DNA of 64,000 nt from Diplonema japonicum (lineage: Eukaryota > Protista > Euglenozoa: Diplonemea), in NCBI GenBank assembly GCA_964019335.1, contig OZ025707.1, positions 310,001 to 374,000 on the forward strand, read 5' to 3'. The notes under the pieces were generated by a model. It saw nothing but the letters and a program-made list of their open reading frames with translations. It had not been told where the DNA came from and ran no database searches. The translations under genes and the position numbers were made by a program. This document shows positions 1 through 11,068 of the stretch, piece by piece (position 1 is the stretch's first letter; each line of letters begins with the position of its first letter).

Positions 1-2
1 TG

Positions 3-1841
3 ATTTTTCCGTTGTCCGACTCGCTCGATTCGATTATTTCGAATTTGACGGTACACGAGGAGCAGTACTGGGTGGACGAGCAAACGCGTGTTGTATCGCT
101 TGAGACGCTTTTTTACAATCCAGATTCGGAGCAGTTTGTCCGGACATCTTGTTTCGCAGAGTTCTTCCAAACCGGGCTTGGAATGAGCAATTGTTTCTAC
201 CAGCCTCCATACAAACTCGAAGTTTTCGACGGCTCCACCACCAGAACCGCTCTGTCGCTGATCGTTATGTTTTACATCATCCCGTTTCTGTACTGGTTGG
301 GGCAGTCCGTATACTTCCGAGCGGTTTTGAAAAAAGATTTCATCGTCGTTGGGGAAATCTACCAGATCATCCACGTTGTCGTTTTATCAATCTTCACGTA
401 CTACCAAGGCCTTATGTGGGACCTCAGCTCCGTTATGAGCAGCGGGCGTTTTTACGAGGAATATCTCACCGATGACTTCAAACGTGTTGGGGATGATGAA
501 ACGGCGGAGGGGCTTCTCATGTTCCACTACTCGTCGAGGTACGCGTTTTACGGAAGAAGGTACCACGAGTTGCTTGGGATTTTGCTGGTTGTATCGTGGC
601 TTCGGATATTCAAATTTTTGCAGCATTTTCACCAACTGAACATGCTGTCGGAAACAACGAGAATTGCTGCGATCGACGTGTTTCGGTTGGCGACGATCTT
701 CATGTACTGTGTGCTCGCGTTTTCAATGGCAGGATCGCTGGTCTTCTCGTCTCAATTAAGGGAATTCGAAACGCCTTCTCACGCCGGTTCAACACTTCTC
801 AGAATGTTTTTCATGGAACACGAGCCCGATTACATACGAATGAGGGACATGCAGCCGTTCTGGGCACCCGTATATGTGGTCAGCTTCTTTCTCTTATGCT
901 ACTTCATGTTGTTAAACATGGTTTTGGCGGTTATTGTGTCGTCCTTCACGCAGGTTCAGTCCGCACAAGAAACAGCGAAACGACAGCTTGCCGTCAGGGA
1001 GGATCAGATTCTCGATGAGGAGATTTTAATCCTGCGGAACCGTTCTAACTCGGTTGCGTTGGCCGGGGCGTCGCGGCCGTCTCGTTTTTCCCGCACGCAG
1101 AAGAAGTTCGTCAAGATGTTCGCTAGTATAAAAGACACGGCATTGCACTGGTTGACAGCAGATAATTCACAACGAGAGAAAGCTGTTCAGCTTGCAAAAG
1201 AACATTGCGCAAGAGATCTTCGAATACCCCGTTACGTCTTGAAAGAACACCCTGAGTACTACAACCGAGTCAGCATCACAAAAGAAGAGTTGAAACGGGT
1301 ATTTGCTAAACTTCTGTCTGATGCAGACTTAGAGAACATTTTCATGGGTGTGCAGAAAAAGGTGTTTACACAAGAGAACACCCACGTTCTCATTGTCCAG
1401 GCGATGTCTGAGCTAGCCGCAGATATTCAACGAAAGTTTGAAGAACAGGACATGGTCAACAAAACAGCCTTCGACGATATGTTAAAAAAGATGAACGGGA
1501 TGCAGAATGCAAGCGGGGGTGGGGAATATGACATCATGGTTACAGGTCCTTCAGGGAATACCAAGCCCGCCGCCACCATTTTACAGCTTCGGCAGCAGCT
1601 TAAAGAAGCCCTTGCGGAGAATAAGCGGCTTACGAAGTCGCAGGCTAAAGCTCAGCAGGCTCTCGCGCAAGCAACAGTCCAGCAGCAACTTGCTGACCTT
1701 AACTCAGAAAGGGAATTTTTGGTCGACCAGCTCGCTGTGTCTGAGAAAGCGTCCATAGCCAGCATGGAAAGACGGGCTTCGACAGACGGGGTGGAGACAC
1801 CTCTTCAGGCAGCAAGGAACATTTTGCGTATTCCTGTGTAG
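3..1841 (+). CDS. Polycystin/TRPP-like cation channel, C-terminal part (5' end outside window)
   Basis: Frame open from base 3. Multiple TM helices with WLRIFKFLQ, pore region AFSMAGSLVFSSQLREFET..STLLRMF and S6 FFLLCYFMLLNMVLAVIVSSF, then a coiled coil. Confidence 0.85.
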   Translation: MFPLSDSLDSIISNLTVHEEQYWVDEQTRVVSLETLFYNPDSEQFVRTSCFAEFFQTGLGMSNCFYQPPYKLEVFDGSTTRTALSLIVMFYIIPFLYWLGQSVYFRAVLKKDFIVVGEIYQIIHVVVLSIFTYYQGLMWDLSSVMSSGRFYEEYLTDDFKRVGDDETAEGLLMFHYSSRYAFYGRRYHELLGILLVVSWLRIFKFLQHFHQLNMLSETTRIAAIDVFRLATIFMYCVLAFSMAGSLVFSSQLREFETPSHAGSTLLRMFFMEHEPDYIRMRDMQPFWAPVYVVSFFLLCYFMLLNMVLAVIVSSFTQVQSAQETAKRQLAVREDQILDEEILILRNRSNSVALAGASRPSRFSRTQKKFVKMFASIKDTALHWLTADNSQREKAVQLAKEHCARDLRIPRYVLKEHPEYYNRVSITKEELKRVFAKLLSDADLENIFMGVQKKVFTQENTHVLIVQAMSELAADIQRKFEEQDMVNKTAFDDMLKKMNGMQNASGGGEYDIMVTGPSGNTKPAATILQLRQQLKEALAENKRLTKSQAKAQQALAQATVQQQLADLNSEREFLVDQLAVSEKASIASMERRASTDGVETPLQAARNILRIPV

Positions 1842-1876
1842 ATAAAAAAAAAAAAAAAAAAAAAAAGAAAATTAAA

Positions 1877-3212
1877 CGCTCCATATTCGCTAAGTGACCC
1901 GCCCTATGTCCCAAAGGGGTTATAGGGGGGCTATAGGGGGAAAAAAAAATGTCAAAAATGCCCAAAGGTTCATTGAATTTTTTTTTTTTTTTTCAAAAAA
2001 TCCATATGTCGAACATGAAAGAACGGTGAGTTCCAAGGAAGTTCCAAAAAAGAACTTTCCAAAAAAAAAATATTGGGGGCCAACCAAAATGATCTTGGAA
2101 GTCGCCATTTTGGGTTTCGGCCATTTTTGCCAAACTTTTGCAACTGGGCACTTTTCCCTTTGAAAAGCATGGTCAACAGGGTTCGATCCCAGAAGCCAGC
2201 ATCTTTCCTGACCAGTAGTTCAGCCGAAAATATTTGGCGAGGCGTAGTAGTTGGGAGGGCTTTGCCCTGTACCTAGGCGAAGCGGGTTCAAACCCCACTC
2301 CAGCGGATTTTTTTAGGCTCACCACAGGGGAGAAACGGCAGCCCAAACCGGTATTTCTGCGAAAGCTTTTCGTAAGCTTGTGTGAGTCTAGTTGAGAAAA
2401 GTGCAGTTTTGAGGGAAGGACAGCTCTTAACATTGTAAGATTGTTAGTTGTTAGTCAGTAAGCATAACAGTCCTGTCCTCTGCACTTCGGCCGTAATCAC
2501 CAAATACAAACGGGTGGAGATGACGAGAAGGTCAAAGAGGGTTCCATAGGGGAGTTTTAGTTGAAGAGACAGATGCGCGTCTACGCCGTCCACCACAGGG
2601 CAACGTACAGTCCAAATGGCATAGTCATTTGAAAGTGACGTTGCCTTTGGGGCAGAAGTTATTTCTGCTTGGAAGGTACTTATGTGGGAATTACACCGAT
2701 CACCGGTCACGTTTGCGTTGGAAGATCCTTGACCCGCGTGCCCTGGTTTGTGACCAGCCTGACGACGACCGGAGAATACTTCCTACTCCTGAGAGCACAC
2801 GGGCAACTCGAAGGGAAAGACCAAAGCAAGCCCTTCCAGCCAGCAGAGAGCCTCAGACAACGAGGACTCCAGATGGACAGGATCGCGATAGCGGAGTCAC
2901 AAGGAGCTCCACTACCGGGTCCACTACACAAAAGAGGGCAAGAAGTGAGATCTCAGAGCAGACGGAGTGGAAGTGCCATAGGAACCCCACTTGTGCCGTG
3001 TTTTTTCCACCGGAGCTGCTTCATTTTGTATAGTACAAAGTAAGGCAAATCACCAAAAAAATTTTTATTACAAAAAAAAAAAAATTCCATATGTCGAACA
3101 TTGGGCCCCGGACGCAAATAAATCCATTCCAGCCCTAGAAAAAGCAATTAGAATTTTTTTTTTAGCTCTTCAAAATGCGGGTTCTGGTGGGTCACTTAGC
3201 GAATATAGAGCG
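1877..3212. mobile_element. Non-autonomous TIR DNA transposon (piggyBac-like), TAAA TSD
   Basis: Left end cgctccatattcgctaagtgacccgcc vs reverse complement of right end ggtgggtcacttagcgaatatagagcg (2 mismatches). TAAA on both sides (1873-1876, 3213-3216). Second copy starts at 37533 after TTAA. Confidence 0.85.
2241..2314 (+). pseudogene. tRNA-derived segment (SINE head or tRNA pseudogene) inside the TIR element
   Basis: A-box-like GGCGTAGTAGTTGG, stem ttgcc/ggcga, B-box GGTTCAAACCC, then a T-run. 5' acceptor strand missing. Confidence 0.4.
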
Positions 3213-3712
3213 TAAAAGATATTTTTAATACCTCCCCCCATCCTTTAGATTTAATTGCCGTTTTTTTTTTGTTTTTGTTTTGTTTTATGGAAGAGGTTCT
3301 TTTATTTTATTATAAGCTGCGCCCTTTCACGTTCACCCAACTTTATTATTTTTTTTTTTTAAATCCAGTGAGTACACCCCACCTCCCTCCCGTATTGTAC
3401 ACTGAAATTCTTTTTTTTTTTACCGAGTTTTGTTTTGTCTCCGTGTTTATAAGGGGAGGGAGGGAAGTTTTTTTTCTTCTTTTTTTTTTTTTCATCTTTT
3501 TTTTATAAAAAATTAAGACACTGATACTGCAGGATGTTCTGCGTTGATAGATGACCTATGTACTGCCTTTCCCCCCCCCCCCCCCCGTTTTTCCTCCTTT
3601 TTCAAAAAAAATTTTTTTACTCGTTGAATCAGTTGTTACCCACAGGAGGGGGAGGGGAGACTGGGGGGAGAGGGAAAAGAAAAAAAAAAAAAACGAGAAA
3701 CTAGCAAGTAAG

Positions 3713-4283
3713 ATGCCCCCCCGGAAGAAGCAAAAGAGTGCAAAGGAAAGGGAAAAATCGGAGGAAAAAGAAGAAACGGAAGAGGAAGAGGAGGAAAATA
3801 ACAATGAAGAACTGTGTCAAACTTGTAAGAAGGTATGTGTGTCTTTTAAAAAAAAAAAAAAAAACCCTCCCCAGGTTGTTGCTAAAAATTGGGATGGAAC
3901 TTGGTGGGAGTGTAATAAATGTGCTGGGTATGGGGGAAAAAAAAAAATAAAAAAATAAAAAAACCCAGATGGCACCACACAGTATGCAGTGGCCTCCGGT
4001 CTTCTGAAATAAAGAGATTACAGAAGCAGTGTGACATTGCTGAAGCAGATGGCAGCCCAGCCCCTGTATGGAACTGCCCTGCCTGCACTAAGACCACGAA
4101 GACGAAATCTGGAAGAAAATCCACCTCAAAGAGAGATGACCACAAAGTCACCGAACCCAAGCCGTGGAAATGGACGGTGGAAGAAGAGGAGGATATGGTA
4201 TGCGTCTCGCGGTACTTTAAAAAAAAAAAAAAAAAAAAAAAAAACAGAAGCACGCATTCGAGGTTTTCTTAGACTCGCGATGA
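3713..4283 (+). CDS. PHD-finger protein, 4 exons (3713-3832, 3875-3927, 3969-4197, 4248-4283)
   Basis: Removing three GTATG..CAG introns joins CQTC..WWECNKCAGWHHTVCSGL..WNCPAC (C4HC3). Ends DMKHAFEVFLDSR*. Confidence 0.8.
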
Positions 4284-4429
4284 TTTTTTTTTTTGTAACT
4301 TTTTGTTTTTTTTTTTCTGTTTTTTTTTTGTACCCCCAGTTTTCTTTCTTTCTCCACACTTTTTTTTTTTTTTGTAACTTTTTTTTTTCCTCTAACCTCA
4401 TCACACAAAAAAAAAAGGGAGGAAACAAA

Positions 4430-5050
4430 ATGGAAGCTTTGATTTTCTCAGCCAAAGCGTTCCTCTTAGACGAGCAGCTTGAGAGGGACATGATAAGCGC
4501 CGTGACCGTCATGCAGCCAGGCGTCCCGGAGCCCTGGGTGAAAGAGGTCGGTGAGAATGAGGTTTACACAGACGTGGGAATAGGCTGCCCGGTAAACAAT
4601 ATAGTTCTTCAGGAAGAAAACTGGGTGGCCGTTACAGGGAAGCACGGAGTGGTCCTGGGCGGTGTGCCAAGGACGGCCTTCAAAAATCCCGATTCTATCA
4701 GGACAAGCACGGTTTCACTCGTTGCATCTGATGTTGAGCTTGTGGACCCTGTTGTCCAAAATCTCGCTGTTAAGTATGGCCACAAGAAAAGCCAGTGGCC
4801 CCCCAACACCCCTATCTTGGATTCTATCTGGCTCACGTACCTTGATCCCTTCAGGCGCGGTGGCGTTGCGCCGAGGTACCTCTACACATTGCTGGAAGCC
4901 TGTGAAGAAGCGGGTTATTCCACACTTTCCTCTCCCCGCAGCGATTCTGAGGAATCTTCGGTCACCTTGCCCACCGCACCCTCCTCGGATTCTGCTGACT
5001 TGATGCAGAATGATCTCACAACAACGCCTTCACCGAAGCCTGACAGGTGA
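4430..5050 (+). CDS. Hypothetical protein
   Basis: Coding-like ORF from ATG 4430 (MEALIFSAK) after a polypyrimidine tract. The upstream part of the listed ORF is homopolymer non-coding. Confidence 0.65.
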   Translation: MEALIFSAKAFLLDEQLERDMISAVTVMQPGVPEPWVKEVGENEVYTDVGIGCPVNNIVLQEENWVAVTGKHGVVLGGVPRTAFKNPDSIRTSTVSLVASDVELVDPVVQNLAVKYGHKKSQWPPNTPILDSIWLTYLDPFRRGGVAPRYLYTLLEACEEAGYSTLSSPRSDSEESSVTLPTAPSSDSADLMQNDLTTTPSPKPDR

Positions 5051-5123
5051 ATGATGAAAAATTTGAAAATACCATCTCGCATTTTTTTTTTTTTTTTTTC
5101 CTCTTTCCCACCCGATTCTCGCG

Positions 5124-5158
<35 letters not shown>

Positions 5159-5226
5159 CACAGGAGGGAGAGAGAAGAAAGAAATTTACACGGTTTTTTC
5201 TTTTTTTTGAAATAAAATAAAAAGAA

Positions 5227-5517
5227 ATGGCAGCGGCACCCCCTCCGGTCATGCCTGCAGCGGCTGCTGCCGCGCCGCCAGGCGTAGCGGGAGTACCGCC
5301 CGCTGGTGGTGTCCGAAAAGCAGCGAAAGTAGTGAAAACCGCTCCCCCTGCACCGGGAGGGTCTGGCTCTAGGCAGTACCATTATGCTGCGTCAAATGGG
5401 AAATGGACCATTGGTATGGGGAAAAAAAAAAAAAAAAAAAAAATCTTTTTTTAAAATCCAGGTGGGCTATCGAAGTCCAACGTATATTCAATAATAGTAC
5501 ATAACGGCCTTGAATGA
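5227..5517 (+). CDS. Small Ala/Pro-rich hypothetical protein, one intron (5414-5461)
   Basis: GTATGG..poly(A)..CCAG intron; splicing continues the frame GGLSKSNVYSIIVHNGLE*. Confidence 0.55.
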
Positions 5518-5529
5518 GGAGCTACACCA

Positions 5530-5560
<31 letters not shown>

Positions 5561-5834
5561 TTTTTTTTTTTTTACACGTTATCCAGTGGTGGCGGGGGCC
5601 TAAACATAAGTTCACTTTTTTTTTTTCTCCCCTCCCCCTTTAGTATTCCTTTTTCTTTACACTTCCCACCCCCGTTCTTCCCCGTTTACACACATTCTTT
5701 ATTTCTTTTTGCGTGTGTGTTTTTTTTTTTTTTTTTTTCTTCACCAAGGAATAGTGTTTTTTTTCTATTATTATTGGGTTCACCCCTTTAAAAAAGAAAA
5801 GTTTAAAAAAAAAAAACAGCATGACACACAAGAA

Positions 5835-7241
5835 ATGGATGAAGCAGACGAAGCAAGAGAAATTATGGACAGGCAGAAGGAGGAGATCGAGCGCTTGAAG
5901 TCGGCTCTAACTAACGTGAGCGACACTACGGGCTTGGAGCAGAAGTACCTCGAAGCTCTTCGGAAGGCGAAGGCGATTAATGTGAAATACGAGTGCGAAA
6001 AGGTAAAGGCTGAAAAGCTAGCCCGTAGGGTAATCGATTTAGAACAGAAGGCCACGGAGACGGAACGGGTGCAAACATGCGACGGAAGCGAGCACTCCGC
6101 CACTTCGGAGGGCAGCAAATCACCCAAACACAAGGAGAAAATCGCGGGGCTCCAAAAAACAAACGCGGACCTCAAGCAAAAAAACACGGCGCTGCGAACC
6201 GAGGTGCAAAAAATGAAGGAAATCTTCAAAAAGGAAACAGGATTAGAAACTCCCTCCGCGACCGAAGAAGGCTGGAGAGGGCGAGCGCAAACAATCTCAC
6301 TTCTCAAGGACAAGATAAAGGATCTACAAAGAACGATTCAAAATCAAAACACAATCGCTCCTTCCGACAGTGCATCTGTCGCTACCTATGCAACAGGGTA
6401 CACAGGTACCACGCGTGACTTCAACGACGCTAACAGAAGAGCTCTCTCCGAGGTGTCGGCAGCCCGTCGTGTGAAAGAAACGGAAACCCAACAAAAATGC
6501 CAGAAGATGGAGGCGAAACTGCAGGAGACCACACACAAAAACACAGCACAACAAGCCCGCATCATTGCTCTGGAGTCGGAGGTGTCCAACTTGAAAGTAA
6601 GCTTTTCCCGCGTCATCACAAAAACAGAAAACGACGACAAGCTTATCGAGGCTTACAAAGCAGAACTGTCCAAAGCTACAACGGAAGGTACAACTCCCCG
6701 TGAACCCTTTCCGGAGAACAACTCAGATTCCGTGTCCCGGCTTGAGGAACAGTTGGGAAAGAAGGACGAGCTGATCCAAGCGCTTTCAGAAGTTGTTTCA
6801 AAATTGGAAAGCCAAACGCCTATCGAAGGCGGGGTGTCTGAATACACATTGTTGCTTAAGAGCCAGCTCACGGCTGAGCGGGAGCGCTGCCAGGCATTTG
6901 AAGAGCAACTTCTCGCCGAACGTCAAAAAAAAGGTACCACGCAAGTTCCCCACGTTCCCTTTGATACGTCAGCACTTCCACAGCCTGTGATCGAGCACCT
7001 TTCCATGCTTAAAGGAGAGGCAACTTCTTTGAAGGAACGGCTGTACATAATGAAGCAGAATCACCAAGCTGAGCTGTCCGTCCTTACAGCAGAGCTCGAG
7101 GCAGCGCCGCAACAAGGAGCTGAGGTAGACGCGCACCCCACCCTCGCCTCGGAACACGAGGATTTGAAAGCCCAATACCGCGAGCTGAAGATGGCCTTCA
7201 ACAGGATCATGCAACAAGAGCAGATGCAGCAGCAAGGTTGA
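5835..7241 (+). CDS. CCDC13: CCDC13-like coiled-coil protein
   Basis: Long coiled coil with GWRGRAQTISLLKDKIKDL and KTENDDKLIEAY motifs characteristic of the CCDC13 family. Confidence 0.7.
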   Translation: MDEADEAREIMDRQKEEIERLKSALTNVSDTTGLEQKYLEALRKAKAINVKYECEKVKAEKLARRVIDLEQKATETERVQTCDGSEHSATSEGSKSPKHKEKIAGLQKTNADLKQKNTALRTEVQKMKEIFKKETGLETPSATEEGWRGRAQTISLLKDKIKDLQRTIQNQNTIAPSDSASVATYATGYTGTTRDFNDANRRALSEVSAARRVKETETQQKCQKMEAKLQETTHKNTAQQARIIALESEVSNLKVSFSRVITKTENDDKLIEAYKAELSKATTEGTTPREPFPENNSDSVSRLEEQLGKKDELIQALSEVVSKLESQTPIEGGVSEYTLLLKSQLTAERERCQAFEEQLLAERQKKGTTQVPHVPFDTSALPQPVIEHLSMLKGEATSLKERLYIMKQNHQAELSVLTAELEAAPQQGAEVDAHPTLASEHEDLKAQYRELKMAFNRIMQQEQMQQQG

Positions 7242-7378
7242 GGAGAAAAAAAAAAAAATTAGATGTTCTTTTTTCGAAAAAGTTTTAAAAGACCCCCCCC
7301 CCTTCCACCCCCTGCTTCAAAAAAGAATTGTATGTTTGCTCTTTAACCAATTCAGGAGAAAAAGAAAAGAAAAAGAAA

Positions 7379-7831
7379 ATGCCGCCCGCCATACTGTTTG
7401 TCTGCACAGGGAATACCTGCAGGAGTGTCATGGCACATTATTACATGCAGGCTGTGGTAGAGGGCACGGCTGTGGTTGAATCAGCCGGGGTGAACGCAAC
7501 TGAGGGGAGCCCTGCTGCTGAGAACGCAGTGAAGGTGCTTGAGGAGCAGGGCGTCTCTCTAGAAGGCGTGCGCAAGCACAGCTCATCGCTGGTGACAGAG
7601 GAGAAGATGGCAGCAGCTAGCCACGTGGTGTGCATGGCGGTGAAGCACAAGGAGGCAGTCTTAGCTTCCTTTCCCCACCACTCCGGCAAGGTTCACACAC
7701 TCCTCAGCGACCTGAGCACCAAGCCTGACATATCCGTGGAAGACCCTGTGAGAATGTCCATTGAAACTTACCGTGAAAGATTCCAGCAGATGGTCCCTTC
7801 ACTGAAATACTTGCTGTCGTCTGTACAGTGA
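7379..7831 (+). CDS. Low-molecular-weight protein tyrosine/arginine phosphatase
   Basis: ILFVCTGNTCRS (CX5R P-loop), VESAG, VEDP general-acid motif. Confidence 0.92.
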   Translation: MPPAILFVCTGNTCRSVMAHYYMQAVVEGTAVVESAGVNATEGSPAAENAVKVLEEQGVSLEGVRKHSSSLVTEEKMAAASHVVCMAVKHKEAVLASFPHHSGKVHTLLSDLSTKPDISVEDPVRMSIETYRERFQQMVPSLKYLLSSVQ

Positions 7832-8360
7832 ACCCCCTACACCTCCCTGCCAACGATGACCGTCGAGTAAACCTCCCTTCATTCGGTGAAAAAACATTTT
7901 TTCCACGGCCTCCTGGAAAGAATCAAGAAGGGTGGGACACAGCACGCATACAGAAGAAGGTCAGAGGCTTCCCGGCGCTCAGATCCACAGGTGCGAAGAA
8001 GAGTCTGGACAGAAGGCCAGTTTTTGCATTGGCCTTAAGAAACTGGGCAGGAAGTGGCAAGGAGAAAGAGAAGATACTTTGAGAAAGGCAACACAGCCGA
8101 AAAAGAAAGAAAAGCGCGAGGCCCCCGAAAAGGGAGAAAGGGGCTCCCTGCTACTAACCTGCCGAAGTAGCATGCCGGTCAGAAGGCGGCTGAGGCACTT
8201 CTGATTCATTCAGAATCCCGGGATCCCATCCCTGATCCCCAAACCTGTTTCTCGCAGAAACAGAGAACACTACCAACCCCCCACCACAGCAGCCGACGAG
8301 ACAGACGCAGCAGTGAAAATAAAAAAGCCCCCTGAACAAGTTTTCCCCCACCCCTATAAC

Positions 8361-8392
<32 letters not shown>

Positions 8393-8419
8393 GATACTGA
8401 GGTCCGGCACCCGCAGTAG

Positions 8420-8601
8420 CCAAAAAAAAAAAAAAAAGTGTAAAGTGCCAAACAACCAGCAAAGCTTGTGGAATGAGAACACCAGTACGGTCATGAGTAC
8501 CCGGGCAACCGGGTGAGCGTCTCGAGACACTTCCAACCCACCTAGGGTGCGGCCTTAGCAAGTCGAAAAGGAAGTGGAATTTAAAAAAAAAAAAAAAAAA
8601 A
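8420..8601 (+). repeat. Short poly(A)-flanked retroposon-like repeat (second copy about 38772-38966)
   Basis: Near-identical gtgtaaagtgccaaacaacc...ggaagtggaattt(A)n at both loci; contains a ccgg-GCAA-ccgg hairpin. Confidence 0.65.
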
Positions 8602-8717
8602 GGGGGTAGATAAGTAGACACAAAGGGGACGTTCCAAAACAGGAACCTCCTTTATCTCATCTCTTTTTTTATTACCCTCGTTCATTATTCCTCACAGGGG
8701 TTCGGTGAAACCGTTAC

Positions 8718-10669
8718 ATGCTAGTGCATGTGGTGACATGTCTTGCCACTGCCGTGACGCCTGGGACTGCGAAGTATTGTTTCCAGTTGGAGAGCCCTTG
8801 CTACTGGTGTTCGGATGCCAACACTACAGTGTGCGGTGATCCTGACACACCACCGTCGGCACCACCATGCACATCGGGGTGGGTGAGCTGGGCTGACAAG
8901 TATACACTGTGCCCCCCAGTAGAGTGCGTGACAAAGGCAGGACCCTGGTCGGACTGCACAGCGAATTGCGGAGGCGGGACACGGTCAAGGGACAAACAGA
9001 TCGTCATCCCGTCGTCGGAGAACGAAACAGCCATCTACATGCAACCGTGCGATTTGAAAGACGTGGTTCGATGCAACACCCGCCCGTGCGGCCCCGTGGG
9101 GAGGGACATCCGCGTCACCACGCTCACCGTCGACGGTGTGTCAAAGCGACCCTTGAAGTCATACTACCGAGGATGGTTCCTCCCTAAAGAGGACGACACA
9201 CAAGAACCCAGGCCGTTCTACACCACACCACTGGGAAAGAACGGAGCACTTCGCATTGCATGGTCATGGGGTGGGTACGTGTACCTCGCAAGCATTGATG
9301 CAAACGATAAATTAACAGCGGCAATCAGCAAGGTAACCGGCAAGGAAGCACGGGGTCTGACGCACGATGCGTTTCTGACTCTGGCAACGAACACCAGCAT
9401 GAAGATCTATGACACGGCACTGCCTGTTCAAGTGTGGGCAGAGATCGATACATCGATCGGCGACAGCAGGATGGCGACCGGTGCGGGCGAACATTACATA
9501 TACAGCTCTGCGTACGACCCAGCCAACCCTGTCACCAACGGCGACATCAACATGGTGTACAAGCAAGGTGTTAAGCTGTCCTCCGGGCAATGGGGTTGCG
9601 CTCCGTCATCAGGACATCAGCTGATATACAGCGAATTCGCTTCAATGGCGATTACATCCTGCATTGGGGGCGGTCTACCTGGCATCCCCAAACGGCTTTC
9701 CATCTTCCCCCAAGGCGACGCGTCAGGGAAGGGCCGGTACCAAGATGGGCTTCGCGTCCTCGACTTCCCGTCCGACAGCAGCGGGCGTGTCGGAGGCGAG
9801 GTGGGCCCCATGGTGGCCGTACCGAACGGAATCGTGTTGATATTCACAGCGTCCAATTCTGTAAAAGGACGGGAGGATGCTATCCCGTTCATAGGAACAC
9901 ACTCGAAAGGAGAGAACATGTTGCTCGGTGTGGCGGTGGCTACCTATGACAACATCACCGGCGTGTGGGCCACGCAGCCAGTGACATGGCTGGCCGTACC
10001 TCCATCCGACTCACTCACGTCTCCACAAATCGCTATCGTCGGTTCTGGACTGTCAGGAGGTTACCTTGCAGGATGGAAGGCGGCTGGGAGGTATTATGTA
10101 ATGCGGTTGGACCCCGTTTTCCAGAACGTCTCTGATGTAGAAGATGTAACATCATGGGCAGTCTGGGGAGACCGGAACAACTGGGTCACAACTCCTGAAG
10201 GAGATGTGTCGTGGGCATTCTCGTGGAGTTATAGGTGGCGGGACATAACATTGTTTCGGGACGGGAATCGATATCTGAAGGTGGCGCGGTACCAGAAGGG
10301 CCATGCTGAGGTTATCGATGCGAGCTCCGACCTTGCTTGTCAACAGCAGGCCAGCAACCCGCAAGACCCCGTGCAGTGCTCAGAGCTGTTTTCGAAAAAG
10401 CAAGCTGCGGGTTCGTCTTCCGGTCTTCCTGCTGTCGTTTACGTTCTCATGGTAGTTGTTGCGGTGGTGGGCTTGGGGGTGCTTTACTACTTCTACAGGT
10501 ATGTGGATTTTTTTTTAAAAAAAAAAGGGAGGAGAATATTCTTTTTTTTTTAACTAGACGCAGCAGGAGATTTGTTGGGAACCGTCGTCGGCCGAAAAGA
10601 CTTTACCCCTGGGATCAGGAAACTGCGAGTAATTTAGAATATCTAGAGGTTCCCAAGGAAATGGGGTGA
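8718..10669 (+). CDS. Type I membrane protein with thrombospondin type-1 repeat; intron 10499-10557
   Basis: Hydrophobic N-terminus, WSDCTANCGGGTRSR..CNTRPC TSP1 motif, C-terminal TM. Splicing GTATGT..CTAG gives a basic tail RSRRF..EMG*. Confidence 0.85.
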
Positions 10670-11068
10670 AGGATGGTGTGGGGTTCGGATGAGTACTATA
10701 GAAGGGGAAAAAAAAAAATAGAAACAAAATAACCCTGAGTCGCGTTTTGATATGTCGACGAGAAAAAAAAAAAAATGAATGGAACCAAAAAAGAAAAAGG
10801 AACAAAGAAAGTCAGAACCTGGTTAAAATCGAAAAATAGTCTTTACTTTTGGTGGTGATCTTCTTATATTTGTTTTTCTTTCGACAACACTGGCTTCCTT
10901 TACCCCGTATTCTGCTTTATCATCTGTTTCGTATGCAGTATTTATTTCTTCTTCATTTTTATTTGTTATTCTTTGCGGGCCGTTGCTAACCACTTCGTTC
11001 CTATCATAGTGAGTTCTTAATCACTTCAGCTACCTGCACAACAACAACAACAACAACAACAATAAAGT

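Noticed and set aside
2241-2314. Functional tRNA gene
   Set aside because: Acceptor stem cannot form and the anticodon loop is oversize; lies inside a transposon.
4430-5050. Nup88-like propeller similarity
   Set aside because: Only a vague short resemblance and the protein is too short.
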